Under the pieces are notes generated by a model. It saw only the letters and a program-made list of their open reading frames with translations, was not told where the DNA came from and searched no databases. A stretch of 64,000 nucleotides of DNA from Patescibacteria group bacterium (lineage in GTDB: Bacteria; Patescibacteriota; Minisyncoccia; RBG-13-40-8-A), in NCBI GenBank assembly GCA_043807255.1, contig JAZDGD010000004.1:14057-78056 (forward strand), given 5' to 3'. A program made the translations under genes and the position numbers. Shown here one piece after another: positions 17,894-27,118 of the stretch (position 1 is the first letter of the stretch; each line of letters starts with the position of its first letter).

Positions 17894-19084
17894 ATGAATA
17901 AAAGAATTTATTTAGATTATGCAGCCACAACTCCGCTCGATGCATCTGTTTTAAAGAAGATGATGCCGTATTTAGAAAATAAATATGGAAATCCATCATC
18001 TATTCATAGGTTTGGGCAAGAGGCGAGTGAGGCAATTGATGATGCCAGAGAAAAAGTGGCTAAATTTTTAAATTGCAGACCAACAGAAATAGTTTTTACT
18101 GGCTCTGCATCGGAAAGCGATAATTTAGCGATTAGGGGCGTAATTAAGGCCATCAGACGCAAAAAACAAGCAGGCGACAGAATACACGTAATAACCACAA
18201 AAATAGAGCATAAGGCAGTTTTAGAGGCATTTAAAGACATAGAAAAAGAGGGCGTGAGAGTTGTTTATTTGCCAGTTGGACCGGACGGGCTTATTAATTT
18301 AGATGATTTAAAAGCAGAAATTGTCCCAGAAACAGATTTAATCTCGATTATGTATGCAAACAATGAAGTTGGTTCAATCCAGTCGATAAAAAAGATTGGC
18401 AAAATGGTAGCAGAAATAAACAAAGCCGAAGAACGTCCAATCTATTTTCATACTGACGCAGTTCAAGCGGCAAATTGGTTAGACTTAAATGTTAATGATT
18501 TGGGAGTCCATTTGCTTACTTTGTCCGGGCACAAGATTTATGGACCAAAGGGGGTTGGTGTTTTATATATTAAAGAAGGAACGCCAATAATGCCCTTGAT
18601 TTCTGGCGGAGATCAAGAATGGAAATTAAGAGCAGGCACTGAAAATGTTGCAGGAATAGTTGGTATGGGCGTAGCAGTTTCTCAAATTAAACATACAAAA
18701 ACAGAAATTTCCGAAATGTTAAAATTGAAAGATAGATTGGTTAAGGGAGTATTAAATAATGTTCAGGGGAGTAAGTTAAATGGTTCCAGAAAACAAGAAG
18801 AGCAATTGCCGAATATTGCGAATTTCAGTTTTTTGGGAGTTGAAGGGGAAAGTTTGGTGATTACTTTAGATCAAGAGGGAATTGCTGTTTCGACTGGTTC
18901 TGCCTGCACTTCGAGTGCGCTTCTGCCATCACACGTTTTGATTGCCATGGGGTTGATTGAACTGGATGCGCATTCAAGTTTAAGAATAAGTTTAGGAAAA
19001 TATACAACGATAGCAGAAATAGATCAATTTATAAAGGTATTACCAAAAGTTATTGAAAAATTAAGAAGAATATCGGGTAGATAA
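17894..19084 (+). CDS. iscS: cysteine desulfurase (class V aminotransferase)
   Basis: DYAATTP..., PLP lysine region SGHKIYGPKGVG, C-terminal catalytic Cys region. Confidence 0.85.
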   Translation: MNKRIYLDYAATTPLDASVLKKMMPYLENKYGNPSSIHRFGQEASEAIDDAREKVAKFLNCRPTEIVFTGSASESDNLAIRGVIKAIRRKKQAGDRIHVITTKIEHKAVLEAFKDIEKEGVRVVYLPVGPDGLINLDDLKAEIVPETDLISIMYANNEVGSIQSIKKIGKMVAEINKAEERPIYFHTDAVQAANWLDLNVNDLGVHLLTLSGHKIYGPKGVGVLYIKEGTPIMPLISGGDQEWKLRAGTENVAGIVGMGVAVSQIKHTKTEISEMLKLKDRLVKGVLNNVQGSKLNGSRKQEEQLPNIANFSFLGVEGESLVITLDQEGIAVSTGSACTSSALLPSHVLIAMGLIELDAHSSLRISLGKYTTIAEIDQFIKVLPKVIEKLRRISGR

Positions 19085-19088
19085 ATTT

Positions 19089-19460
19089 ATGGCGATATAT
19101 AATAAAAAAATAATGGATCACTTTACAAATCCTAAATATTTTGGAAGAATTGATGATCCAGATGTAACTGGCAAGGCAGGGAATCCGCGTTGTGGAGATT
19201 TATTGACTTTATATATAAAATTTGATAAAAAAACCAAAAAAATAAAAGAAATTAAATTCGAAACACTGGGCTGTGCTTCGGCCATCGCCTCTTCGGATAT
19301 GATTTGTCAATTAGCAAAAGGCAAAACAATGGAACAAGCATTAAGCATAGGTTTTCAGGATGTCTCAACTAAATTGGGGACATTGCCTCCACTCAAAATT
19401 CATTGTGCCCAGTTAGTCACTGAGGCATTAAAAGATGCGATTAATAAAATAATTAAGTAA
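19089..19460 (+). CDS. iscU: Fe-S cluster scaffold IscU/NifU-like
   Basis: GNPRCGD...GCASAIASSDM...HCAQL, the three conserved Cys. Confidence 0.85.
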   Translation: MAIYNKKIMDHFTNPKYFGRIDDPDVTGKAGNPRCGDLLTLYIKFDKKTKKIKEIKFETLGCASAIASSDMICQLAKGKTMEQALSIGFQDVSTKLGTLPPLKIHCAQLVTEALKDAINKIIK

Positions 19461-19496
19461 GATCCGCCGTCGCTAAAGCTATGGCGGGACAAGGTT

Positions 19497-20444
19497 ATGG
19501 AAAAAATTAAAAAGTTTATAGTGCCAGTAATTATTGTGATAGTTTTGTTGGGAATTGCGGCCGGACTTTATTATTTAAAAGGGAATACAATTTCTAAAGA
19601 CAAAGCAAGCACAATTGCGATTGATTTTATTAATACCAACTTATCGCAAGGGCAAGCAACAGCAACGGTCAAAGAGATAACTAGCCAGAGTGGTGTTTAT
19701 AGGGTTAAAATCGATGTTCAGGGACAAGAATATTCCGCATACATTACTAAGGATGGAAAAATTTTATTTCCACAAGGAGCAGAAATAACTCCAACAATAG
19801 CAGACACGGTTGATAACGGCAATTCAACAGCCGACATTCCAAAGGCAGAAAAATCAGCAGCAATGTTGTTTGTAATGAGTTTTTGCCCTTATGGAAATCA
19901 AGCAGAAGACGCAATGTTGCCGGTTGTAAATTTATTGAAAGACAAGGCAGATGTTCAATTGCACTACGTAATTTATAGTAATTACAATGGCGGTGGGCCG
20001 AACTATTGTTTAGATGCAGAAAACAAGTATTGTTCAATGCACGGAATTCAAGAATTAAATCAGGGAGTTAGAGAATTGTGCGTTCAAAAATATCAACCAG
20101 ACAAACTTTGGGGTTTTGTTTCACAAGTGAATGTTGCCTGTACTGCACAAGACGCAGATACCTGTTGGCAGGAAGTTGCCACAAAAGCGGGTGTTGATGT
20201 GAACAAGATCAAAACCTGTCAGGCGAATGAGGCCACAACGTTATTGGCAGGCGAATTAGCATTAAATGAAAAGTATGGAGTGCAAGGATCGCCAATGCTT
20301 TTGATTAATGAAAAAGAATTTACCGGAGCAAGAAGCGCAGAAGGATATAAATCAGGAATTTGTGCAGGATTTACAACCGAACCAGCAGAATGTTCACAAT
20401 CATTGAGTTCAACCACTAACGCGGCTGATGGCAGTTGTGAATAA
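19497..20444 (+). CDS. membrane-anchored thioredoxin-fold (DsbA-like) protein with an atypical CPYG motif
   Basis: N-terminal TM helix, FCPYG in place of CxxC, Cys-rich; DsbA-like GSPMLLINEKEF. Confidence 0.4.
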   Translation: MEKIKKFIVPVIIVIVLLGIAAGLYYLKGNTISKDKASTIAIDFINTNLSQGQATATVKEITSQSGVYRVKIDVQGQEYSAYITKDGKILFPQGAEITPTIADTVDNGNSTADIPKAEKSAAMLFVMSFCPYGNQAEDAMLPVVNLLKDKADVQLHYVIYSNYNGGGPNYCLDAENKYCSMHGIQELNQGVRELCVQKYQPDKLWGFVSQVNVACTAQDADTCWQEVATKAGVDVNKIKTCQANEATTLLAGELALNEKYGVQGSPMLLINEKEFTGARSAEGYKSGICAGFTTEPAECSQSLSSTTNAADGSCE

Positions 20445-20508
20445 AATATAGATTAATTTATTAATTTAAAAAGAGGAGACGTTGTTCTCCTCTTTTTGTC
20501 TGTATATA

Positions 20509-20537
20509 GATATCCAGAGGACAGTCCTCTGGATATC
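20509..20537. terminator. perfect palindrome agatatccagaggacagtcctctggatatct (GAGG-loop-CCTC family)
   Basis: inverted repeat after the 19497 gene; a second hairpin aaaagaggagacgttgttctcctcttttt lies at 20471-20499. Confidence 0.5.
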
Positions 20538-20609
20538 TGAAATTTGTTAGTTCGGGGGCATTGGTTTTATCTTTTTGTGTTTTGGATTATTATGATATAA
20601 TGAAAACAT

Positions 20610-21035
20610 ATGAAAAAAGCAATTATTTTTATAGTTTTGGTTGGTTTTTTTATAACCGCAAATAATGTATTAGCCGTGTTTTCTGATGATTTATTGGGAC
20701 CCAAAATTAGTCCAGACAGTAAATTATATTTTTTGAAAGTTTGGTGGGAAAAAATTGTATTAGCATTTACGTTTAATCCGGAGAAAAAGGCCGAAGCATA
20801 CAAGGCGTTTGCCGAAAAAAAAGCAATTGAGGCCAAACAAATGATTCTTGTGGGCAAACCAGCGATTGCAGAAAAATTGAACGCTGTTTACAAAAGTTAT
20901 TTAAATAAAGCGAAAGATATATTAAATAAAGAGATTCAAAAAGCAGTAGACAAGGGCAAAGAAACCCTAAAACAACAACTTGAAAAAATGGTCGATGATA
21001 TAATGAACAAAATTAAAGAAGGTATAAAAATATGA
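20610..21035 (+). CDS. secreted hypothetical protein (signal peptide, Lys/Ala-rich)
   Basis: MKKAIIFIVLVGFFITANNVLA signal-like N-terminus. Confidence 0.45.
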   Translation: MKKAIIFIVLVGFFITANNVLAVFSDDLLGPKISPDSKLYFLKVWWEKIVLAFTFNPEKKAEAYKAFAEKKAIEAKQMILVGKPAIAEKLNAVYKSYLNKAKDILNKEIQKAVDKGKETLKQQLEKMVDDIMNKIKEGIKI

Positions 21036-21280
21036 CAGAACAAAAATTAAAAGTGCGCATATTTTCAACGCCAACGTGTCCATATTGTGTTGCGCTCAAG
21101 GGGCACTTAAAAGATCATAATGTTGAATTTGAAGACATTGATGTTTCGCAGGATTTAGTTGCACAAAAAGAAATGATTGAAAGGTCTGGCCAATATGGTG
21201 TGCCAGTGGCAGATATTAATGGTGAAATTATTATTGGCTTTAATCAAGACAGAATAAACCAATTATTAAATATAAAATAA
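21032..21280 (+). CDS. glutaredoxin-like protein (NrdH/Grx family)
   Basis: CPYC active site within 82 aa. Confidence 0.75.
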   Translation: MTEQKLKVRIFSTPTCPYCVALKGHLKDHNVEFEDIDVSQDLVAQKEMIERSGQYGVPVADINGEIIIGFNQDRINQLLNIK

Positions 21281-21283
21281 TTT

Positions 21284-22195
21284 ATGATTTATGATGTAAT
21301 AATTATTGGTGGTGGGCCAGCTGGAATTACGGCTGGAATTTATGCTGCCAGAAAAAAATTAAAAACACTTTTGATTACCAATGAGTGGGGTGGTCAAATT
21401 ACAAAAGCCGTTGATATTGAAAATTGGCCAGGAACAAAAAAAATTTCTGGAATGGATTTAATGAAACAGATGACTGAACATTTGAAAAATTTTGAATTGG
21501 AAATTAAACAAAACAAAGAAGTTATCGATTTGGATAAAAAGAGCGAGAATTTTATTATCAGGGACAATGATCAAGAATACGAATCAAAATCAGTCATTGT
21601 TGCCACTGGCAAAGTTCCACGATTATTGAATATTCCAGGAGAGAGTGAATTTAAGGGGAAGGGAGTGAGCATTTGTTCAACCTGTGACGCGCCGATGTTT
21701 AAAGATAAAGACGTTGCAGTTGTTGGCGGTGGCAATGCTGGATTTAATGTGGCGTTAGACATGATTAAGTACGCCAAAAAGGTTTATATTTTAGATTTTT
21801 TTGAAGAAATGAAAGGGGATCCAATCACCAAAGATAAATTAGCTCAAAGTGGAATTGTAGAATTTATTACAAATGTTTCGGTCAAAGAAATCAAAGGAAC
21901 TAAATTTGTTGAGAGCTTAGTTTATGAAGACAGAAAAACAAGCAAAGACACGGAAATTGATGTTAAGGGAGTGTTTATTTCTGTTGGCATGGAAGCCAAA
22001 GTTGGTTTTGCAGAAAAGTTGGTTGAATTAAACAGTGTTGGCGAAATTGTAATTGATAAAGATAACAATACAAAAACACCAGGATTGTTTGCTGCAGGAG
22101 ATATTACCGACATTAAATATGAACAAATTGTAATTGCTTGTGGCGAAGGCGCAAAAGCAGTTTTAGCGGCTACGGATTATTTGAAAACGAAATAA
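21284..22195 (+). CDS. trxB: thioredoxin reductase
   Basis: FAD motif GGGPAG, redox CSTCD, NAD(P) motif GGGNAG. Confidence 0.85.
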   Translation: MIYDVIIIGGGPAGITAGIYAARKKLKTLLITNEWGGQITKAVDIENWPGTKKISGMDLMKQMTEHLKNFELEIKQNKEVIDLDKKSENFIIRDNDQEYESKSVIVATGKVPRLLNIPGESEFKGKGVSICSTCDAPMFKDKDVAVVGGGNAGFNVALDMIKYAKKVYILDFFEEMKGDPITKDKLAQSGIVEFITNVSVKEIKGTKFVESLVYEDRKTSKDTEIDVKGVFISVGMEAKVGFAEKLVELNSVGEIVIDKDNNTKTPGLFAAGDITDIKYEQIVIACGEGAKAVLAATDYLKTK

Positions 22196-22377
22196 TTTTA
22201 AAAGAATTGTTTACAAAAAGTCACGTGTCAATTTTGTTGAAACAAAATTGCACTCTATCTCAACCGACTGCGGTCGGTCTCCGATGCGGACTTTTATATA
22301 AACAATTCTTTTTTATTATTGACGGGATTTTATTTAAAAGTTATGCTTTAAGTGTCAAATTTAACAGGAGGTGTACT

Positions 22378-22854
22378 TTGTCTAGAAAAAGTTGGGACGA
22401 ATATTTTGTTGGTTTGTTAGAAGAGATTTCTGGTAGGGCAACCTGTGACAGGGGCAAAAATGCGGCAATTATTACCAAAGATAATCACATTTTAACGACA
22501 GGTTATGTCGGCGCCCCCAGTGGTTCGCCGCACTGTGATGAGGTTGGTCATCTTATGCGTAGGGTCGTGAACGAAGACGATACAATTTCTCAGCACTGTG
22601 TTCGAACCATTCATGCCGAGGAAAACGCAATTCTTCAGGCTGCAAGATTTGGTCCTCCGATAGAAGGAGCTACAATTTATATTAAAATGTCTCCGTGCTA
22701 TCACTGTGCTCTCGTGATAATTCAATCTGGCATTAAAAGAATTGTCGCCGCCAAAAAATATCACGCAGATAAATTATCGAGAGAGTTATTGGAAAAAGCA
22801 GGAATTGAGCTTGTGGTCCTAAGCGAAGAAGTAGTTCGATATAAGAATCAGTAA
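22378..22854 (+). CDS. dCMP (cytidine/deoxycytidylate) deaminase, with a TTG start after aggagg
   Basis: HAEENAI...PCYHCA zinc-binding motifs; the ORF-track N-terminal extension from 22138 is unlikely because it lacks an RBS, while a strong SD sits 7 nt before TTG 22378. Confidence 0.8.
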   Translation: MSRKSWDEYFVGLLEEISGRATCDRGKNAAIITKDNHILTTGYVGAPSGSPHCDEVGHLMRRVVNEDDTISQHCVRTIHAEENAILQAARFGPPIEGATIYIKMSPCYHCALVIIQSGIKRIVAAKKYHADKLSRELLEKAGIELVVLSEEVVRYKNQ

Positions 22855-22949
22855 ATAGCGACCCCGCCCGCGCGGGGTCATTTTTTTATTGCAAAAATTT
22901 TAAATAAAACATATAATAAAATCAGTTCAATTAAAAGGAGGACTGTACC

Positions 22950-23582
22950 ATGGAAAGAAACAAATATCCTGGAAAATTTATTGTCTTTGAAGGATTGGAC
23001 GGCTCTGGGCAATCAACCCAAGCCAAACTTTTACAGAGCCTTGTAAAGAATTGGCCCGCTAATGTTGTGCTCACAAAAGAACCAACGCCCGATTCTGACG
23101 CAGGTAAATTGATCAAAGAAATACTTAGGGGTAAGCAAAAAATGTCTCCGCGAAAATTCCAAAAATTATTTGCGAGAGACAGAGAGATTCATCTGGCGGA
23201 AGTAATTATTCCGCACCTACAACATGGAGATGTTGTCATTTCGGACAGATATTTTTTATCTTCTTTGGCTTTTGGCGCTACGGACGGAGTGGATCTAAAT
23301 TTCCTGATTGATCTAAACGAAAATAAATTAAATCCGGAGCTAATTAAGCCCGATTTGATGTTTTTCTTAGACGTGCGTCCCGAAATAGCAATTTCTAGAA
23401 TCGAGGCCAGAAACAAAGGGAAAGAACATTTCGAAAAACTGGAGAAATTGACGACTGCTCTATCGCACTATAAGTGTTTGATCAGAGATAGATATAATGA
23501 AACCCATGTTGTTGATGGAGAAAAATCAATTCCGGATATTTCTAAGGAAATTCAACATATCGTCGCAGATATGTTGAAATGA
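22950..23582 (+). CDS. tmk: thymidylate kinase
   Basis: FIVFEGLDGSGQST P-loop, DRY motif, lid region. Confidence 0.85.
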   Translation: MERNKYPGKFIVFEGLDGSGQSTQAKLLQSLVKNWPANVVLTKEPTPDSDAGKLIKEILRGKQKMSPRKFQKLFARDREIHLAEVIIPHLQHGDVVISDRYFLSSLAFGATDGVDLNFLIDLNENKLNPELIKPDLMFFLDVRPEIAISRIEARNKGKEHFEKLEKLTTALSHYKCLIRDRYNETHVVDGEKSIPDISKEIQHIVADMLK

Positions 23583-23647
23583 TGTCCTCGGGGCCCCTTC
23601 GTATAAGGGGTCTTTTTTTTATTGATAAAAGGTGATAGTATAAAATT

Positions 23648-25096
23648 ATGGCGAATAAATATGAACCGACAATTGGACTAGAAATCCACGTGGAGTTAAA
23701 GACCAAAACAAAAATGTTTTGTTCTTGTTTGAACGTCCCGACTGCGGTCGGGATCCTCGACACCAACAGTGTCGGGAACCCCAATGTTAATATTTGCCCG
23801 GTCTGTACTGCACAGCCTGGTTCAATGCCGGTAATTAATGAAGAAGCAGTTCACGACGTGATTAAGGCGGGGTTGGCTTTGAATTGTAGAATTAACGAGA
23901 AAACCTGGTTTGAAAGAAAGAATTATTTTTATCCTGATTTGCCAAAAGGATATCAAATTACACAATTTGAATCCCCTCTGTGTTTTGAGGGAAAATTAGA
24001 CAATATTCGGATTAGAAGGATTCATTTAGAGGAGGACGTTGGTAAATCGATTCATGATAGAGGCGACTATTCTTTGGTTGATTATAATCGTGCGGGAGTG
24101 CCTTTAATGGAATTAGTTACTGAACCAGATATTCGTAATGCCCAACAGGCTAAAAAATTTGCCCAAGATCTACAATTAGTTTTTAGATATTTAGGAATTT
24201 CTGATGCTGATATGGAAAAAGGACAAATGCGCGTAGAAGCAAATATTTCTTTAAATATGGGAACAAAAGTTGAAGTGAAAAATCTCAATTCTTTTAGGTC
24301 AGCAGAGAAGGCAATCGAATACGAAATTATTAGGCAACAAGCGGTTTTGGAAGAAGACGGGAAAGTTATTCACGAGACAAGGGGATGGAATGACGCAAAA
24401 GGAGAAACTTTTTCTCAAAGAATCAAAGAAACATCTGACGATTATCGATATTTTCCTGAACCAGACCTACCTCCATTAAATTTTAGCAAAGACGATATTG
24501 AAAAATTAAAACAAGAAATTCCTGAATTACCGTTTGCGAGAAAAGAAAGACTAATAAAAGAATATAAATTATCAGAACAGAGCGTTGATGTTTTGGTTGG
24601 ATTTAAGTATTTATCAGATTTCTTTGAGCAAACAATAGGCGAATTAAAGGGTTGGCTGGAAAGCGGGAAAATTAAAACTGACATTGATCGATTGATTGTA
24701 TTGAGTGCAAATTATATCATTACTGAATTTCCTAAATTTGTACCCACAACTGGAGAAATTAAAATCACCCCAGAAAATTTTGCAGAACTTATCTATATGA
24801 CTTTTATTGGTGATATTTCTTCGAGTGGAGCACAAGAAGTTTTAAAAGAAATGTTTCGAACTGGTGGCGATCCATCACAAATCGTTGAATCAAAAAATCT
24901 AAAACAAATGACTGATACAGGAGAAATGGATGCGATTATTGATAAAATAATAAAAAATAATCCTCAACCGGTTGAGGATTACAAGAAAGGCAAGGGGGCT
25001 GCGTTACAATTTTTAATTGGTTTGGCAATGAAAGAATCAAAAGGCAAGGCCAATCCAAATATCGTAGAGGAGATTGTCAAAAATAAATTAGGATAA
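23648..25096 (+). CDS. gatB: Asp/Glu-tRNA amidotransferase subunit B
   Basis: IGLEIHVEL...ICPVC...NRAGVPLMELVTEPD and a C-terminal GatB/YqeY domain. Confidence 0.9.
   Translation: MANKYEPTIGLEIHVELKTKTKMFCSCLNVPTAVGILDTNSVGNPNVNICPVCTAQPGSMPVINEEAVHDVIKAGLALNCRINEKTWFERKNYFYPDLPKGYQITQFESPLCFEGKLDNIRIRRIHLEEDVGKSIHDRGDYSLVDYNRAGVPLMELVTEPDIRNAQQAKKFAQDLQLVFRYLGISDADMEKGQMRVEANISLNMGTKVEVKNLNSFRSAEKAIEYEIIRQQAVLEEDGKVIHETRGWNDAKGETFSQRIKETSDDYRYFPEPDLPPLNFSKDDIEKLKQEIPELPFARKERLIKEYKLSEQSVDVLVGFKYLSDFFEQTIGELKGWLESGKIKTDIDRLIVLSANYIITEFPKFVPTTGEIKITPENFAELIYMTFIGDISSSGAQEVLKEMFRTGGDPSQIVESKNLKQMTDTGEMDAIIDKIIKNNPQPVEDYKKGKGAALQFLIGLAMKESKGKANPNIVEEIVKNKLG
23737..23779 (+). repeat. palindromic element cccgactgcggtcgggatcctcgacaccaacagtgtcgggaac inside the gatB N-terminus; a near-copy is intergenic at 63124-63166
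   Basis: two overlapping hairpins (gtcgRggatcctcgac and cgacacc..ggtgtcg); encodes VPTAVGILDTNSVGN between the conserved FCSC and PNVNICPVC blocks. Confidence 0.75.
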
Positions 25097-25103
25097 ACCC
25101 CGC

Positions 25104-27080
25104 TTAGCGGGGTAAAAATCGCTTTATTAATTTTTCGGCCCGAACTAGGTTCTTAACCCAGTTTATTTTTTTGCCTGGATATTTATTAAACCAAGTCATT
25201 TGGCGTTTGGCAAAGTTGATAATTTGTTGCTCTAGTTGTTCGATCATTTGTTCTTTGGTTAAGATTCCCTGCAAGTAACGTGCCACATAGCGATACTCTA
25301 GACCAAAATCATCTAAACGTTTCCAGGTTACGCCTTGTTTGTGTAATTTTTTTATTTCTTCAATCATTCCCGCATTAATGCGTTTAATTAGGCGTGTGTG
25401 AATTAATTTTTTTAATTCGGAAATTGATTTCTTAATTCCAACATATAGAACATTGAAATTAGATTCTGTTGAATTTAATTCTGGCACAGGTTTTCCGGTT
25501 TTGATAACAATTTCTAACGCCCTGATTAATCTTCGGCGATTTTTGGCATCAATATTACTTGCTCGATTTGGATCGAGTTTTTTTAGTTGTTCAAATAATT
25601 TTTCGGTTGTTTTCTTTTCCAGTTCTTTTCTTAGTTTCCAATCCGGCGCTACTTCGGGAATATTTATATTTTCAGTTATTGCTTGAATATAAAATCCTGT
25701 TCCCCCGCAAATAATTGGAGTTTTTTCTTTTTTTAAAATTTTATTTATTGCTTCAAGTGCCAATTTTTTGTATTCGGCAACACTAAATTGTTTTTTTGGA
25801 TTTGCAATATCTAATAAATAATGCGGAACTCCTTGCATTTCTTTTTTCGTGATTTTGCCCGTGCCGATATTCATTCCTTTGTAGATTTGTCGAGAGTCGG
25901 CAGAAACTATCTCGGCTTGCCCTGCTTGCCCCGCTCCTGCGGTGGAGCATGGTCGAAGGGCAATTTGTACGGCTAAATCGGACTTGCCAGAGGCAGTAGG
26001 ACCAAGAACCACAATCAATTTAGACTTCTGGTTTACTAATTTTTCTAAAATCTCCCATCGACGCTTTTTCTCGGCAAGTGGAACATTGTCCTCGAATTTT
26101 GCCGCAACCGTGCCTTGGCGAGTTGAATATTTATTGATATATGCCAAATCGAAATTTACTTCTTTAAATAATTTAATCGTATTTTCAAATTGTTTTTTTG
26201 TTTCTCCCGGGAAACCAACAATAATATCGGTTGTAAATTTCGCTTCGGGGATTTTATTTTTTATTTTTTTAATTAAATTGATATAGTGTTCGCGTGTATA
26301 TTTACGATTCATTTTTTCAAGAATTTTATTATCACCACTTTGTACTGGCAAGTGAATTTCTTTACTGATTTTGGAAGAATTTGCAATTACATCAATTAAT
26401 TCATCAGAAAAATCTTTAGGATGCGAGGTTAAGAATTTGATTGTAAAATTCCCAGGAATATTGTTTATCGTTTTAAGGAGTACAGGAAAAGTAGCCGGAG
26501 AACAGTTCTCCGTAATTACGGAGAACTGTTCTCCGTAGTAACTATTTACGTTCTGTCCGAGCAATACGATTTCTTTATAGCCATCTTTAATTAGTTTCCT
26601 AATTTCTTTTATTATATTTTTTGCTGGTCTCGAGGTCTCTCTTCCGCGAGTATGGGGAACAACACAATAGGTACAAAAATTATTGCACCCAGTCATTATT
26701 GGTACATAAGCGGATTTATGATTGGCCTGTCCGCCGGTGAGGTGGGAATGTTTTGGTTGTAATTCTAAATAGTTTTTCCCCAATAATTCATCTATCGATA
26801 ATACTTCATCAAAGAATTTTAAGAACTTAAGTTTATCGGCCTTAATCACGCATCCAGTTAATATTTTTTTGGCTTTTAGTTTTTTAAATTTTCTGTTTAG
26901 TCCAAAAACCCTATCAATTGCTGATTGTCTTACAGAGCAGGCGACAATCACTATCAAATCAGCCCCTTCTATTGTGGGGGCTGATTTAAATCCAGATTGC
27001 TCTAGATAACTACTTATTCTTTCGGAATCAGATATATTCATCTGACATCCGAAAACTTTTAGATAATACCTTTTCCCCAT
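25104..27080 (-). CDS. miaB-miaA: MiaB-MiaA fusion: tRNA-i6A37 methylthiotransferase (MTTase-N plus radical SAM, no TRAM domain) fused to tRNA dimethylallyltransferase
   Basis: N-terminal half has the MTTase Cys triad and radical-SAM CNNFCTYC; C-terminal half has GPTASGKS P-loop ...SADSRQIYKGMNIGT typical of MiaA; a continuous 658-aa ORF. Confidence 0.75.
   Translation of the reverse strand: MGKRYYLKVFGCQMNISDSERISSYLEQSGFKSAPTIEGADLIVIVACSVRQSAIDRVFGLNRKFKKLKAKKILTGCVIKADKLKFLKFFDEVLSIDELLGKNYLELQPKHSHLTGGQANHKSAYVPIMTGCNNFCTYCVVPHTRGRETSRPAKNIIKEIRKLIKDGYKEIVLLGQNVNSYYGEQFSVITENCSPATFPVLLKTINNIPGNFTIKFLTSHPKDFSDELIDVIANSSKISKEIHLPVQSGDNKILEKMNRKYTREHYINLIKKIKNKIPEAKFTTDIIVGFPGETKKQFENTIKLFKEVNFDLAYINKYSTRQGTVAAKFEDNVPLAEKKRRWEILEKLVNQKSKLIVVLGPTASGKSDLAVQIALRPCSTAGAGQAGQAEIVSADSRQIYKGMNIGTGKITKKEMQGVPHYLLDIANPKKQFSVAEYKKLALEAINKILKKEKTPIICGGTGFYIQAITENINIPEVAPDWKLRKELEKKTTEKLFEQLKKLDPNRASNIDAKNRRRLIRALEIVIKTGKPVPELNSTESNFNVLYVGIKKSISELKKLIHTRLIKRINAGMIEEIKKLHKQGVTWKRLDDFGLEYRYVARYLQGILTKEQMIEQLEQQIINFAKRQMTWFNKYPGKKINWVKNLVRAEKLIKRFLPR
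26506..26545. repeat. 40-bp perfect palindrome cggagaacagttctccgtaattacggagaactgttctccg inside the miaB portion
   Basis: encodes YYGEQFSVITENCSP; 21-23-bp cores (g)tacggagaacagttctccgta(c) are intergenic at 32171-32193, 32912-32934 and 33379-33399. Confidence 0.8.
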
Positions 27081-27118
27081 TTTTCATTCTTGCCCCGTAG
27101 TGAGCGCGTAGCGCCCTA

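Noticed and set aside
22138-22377. N-terminal extension of the dCMP deaminase ORF (22138 start)
   Set aside because: It has no RBS and would read through an intergenic region containing a palindromic hairpin. A strong AGGAGG sits 7 nt before TTG 22378, matching the conserved deaminase N-terminus (SRKSWDEYF).
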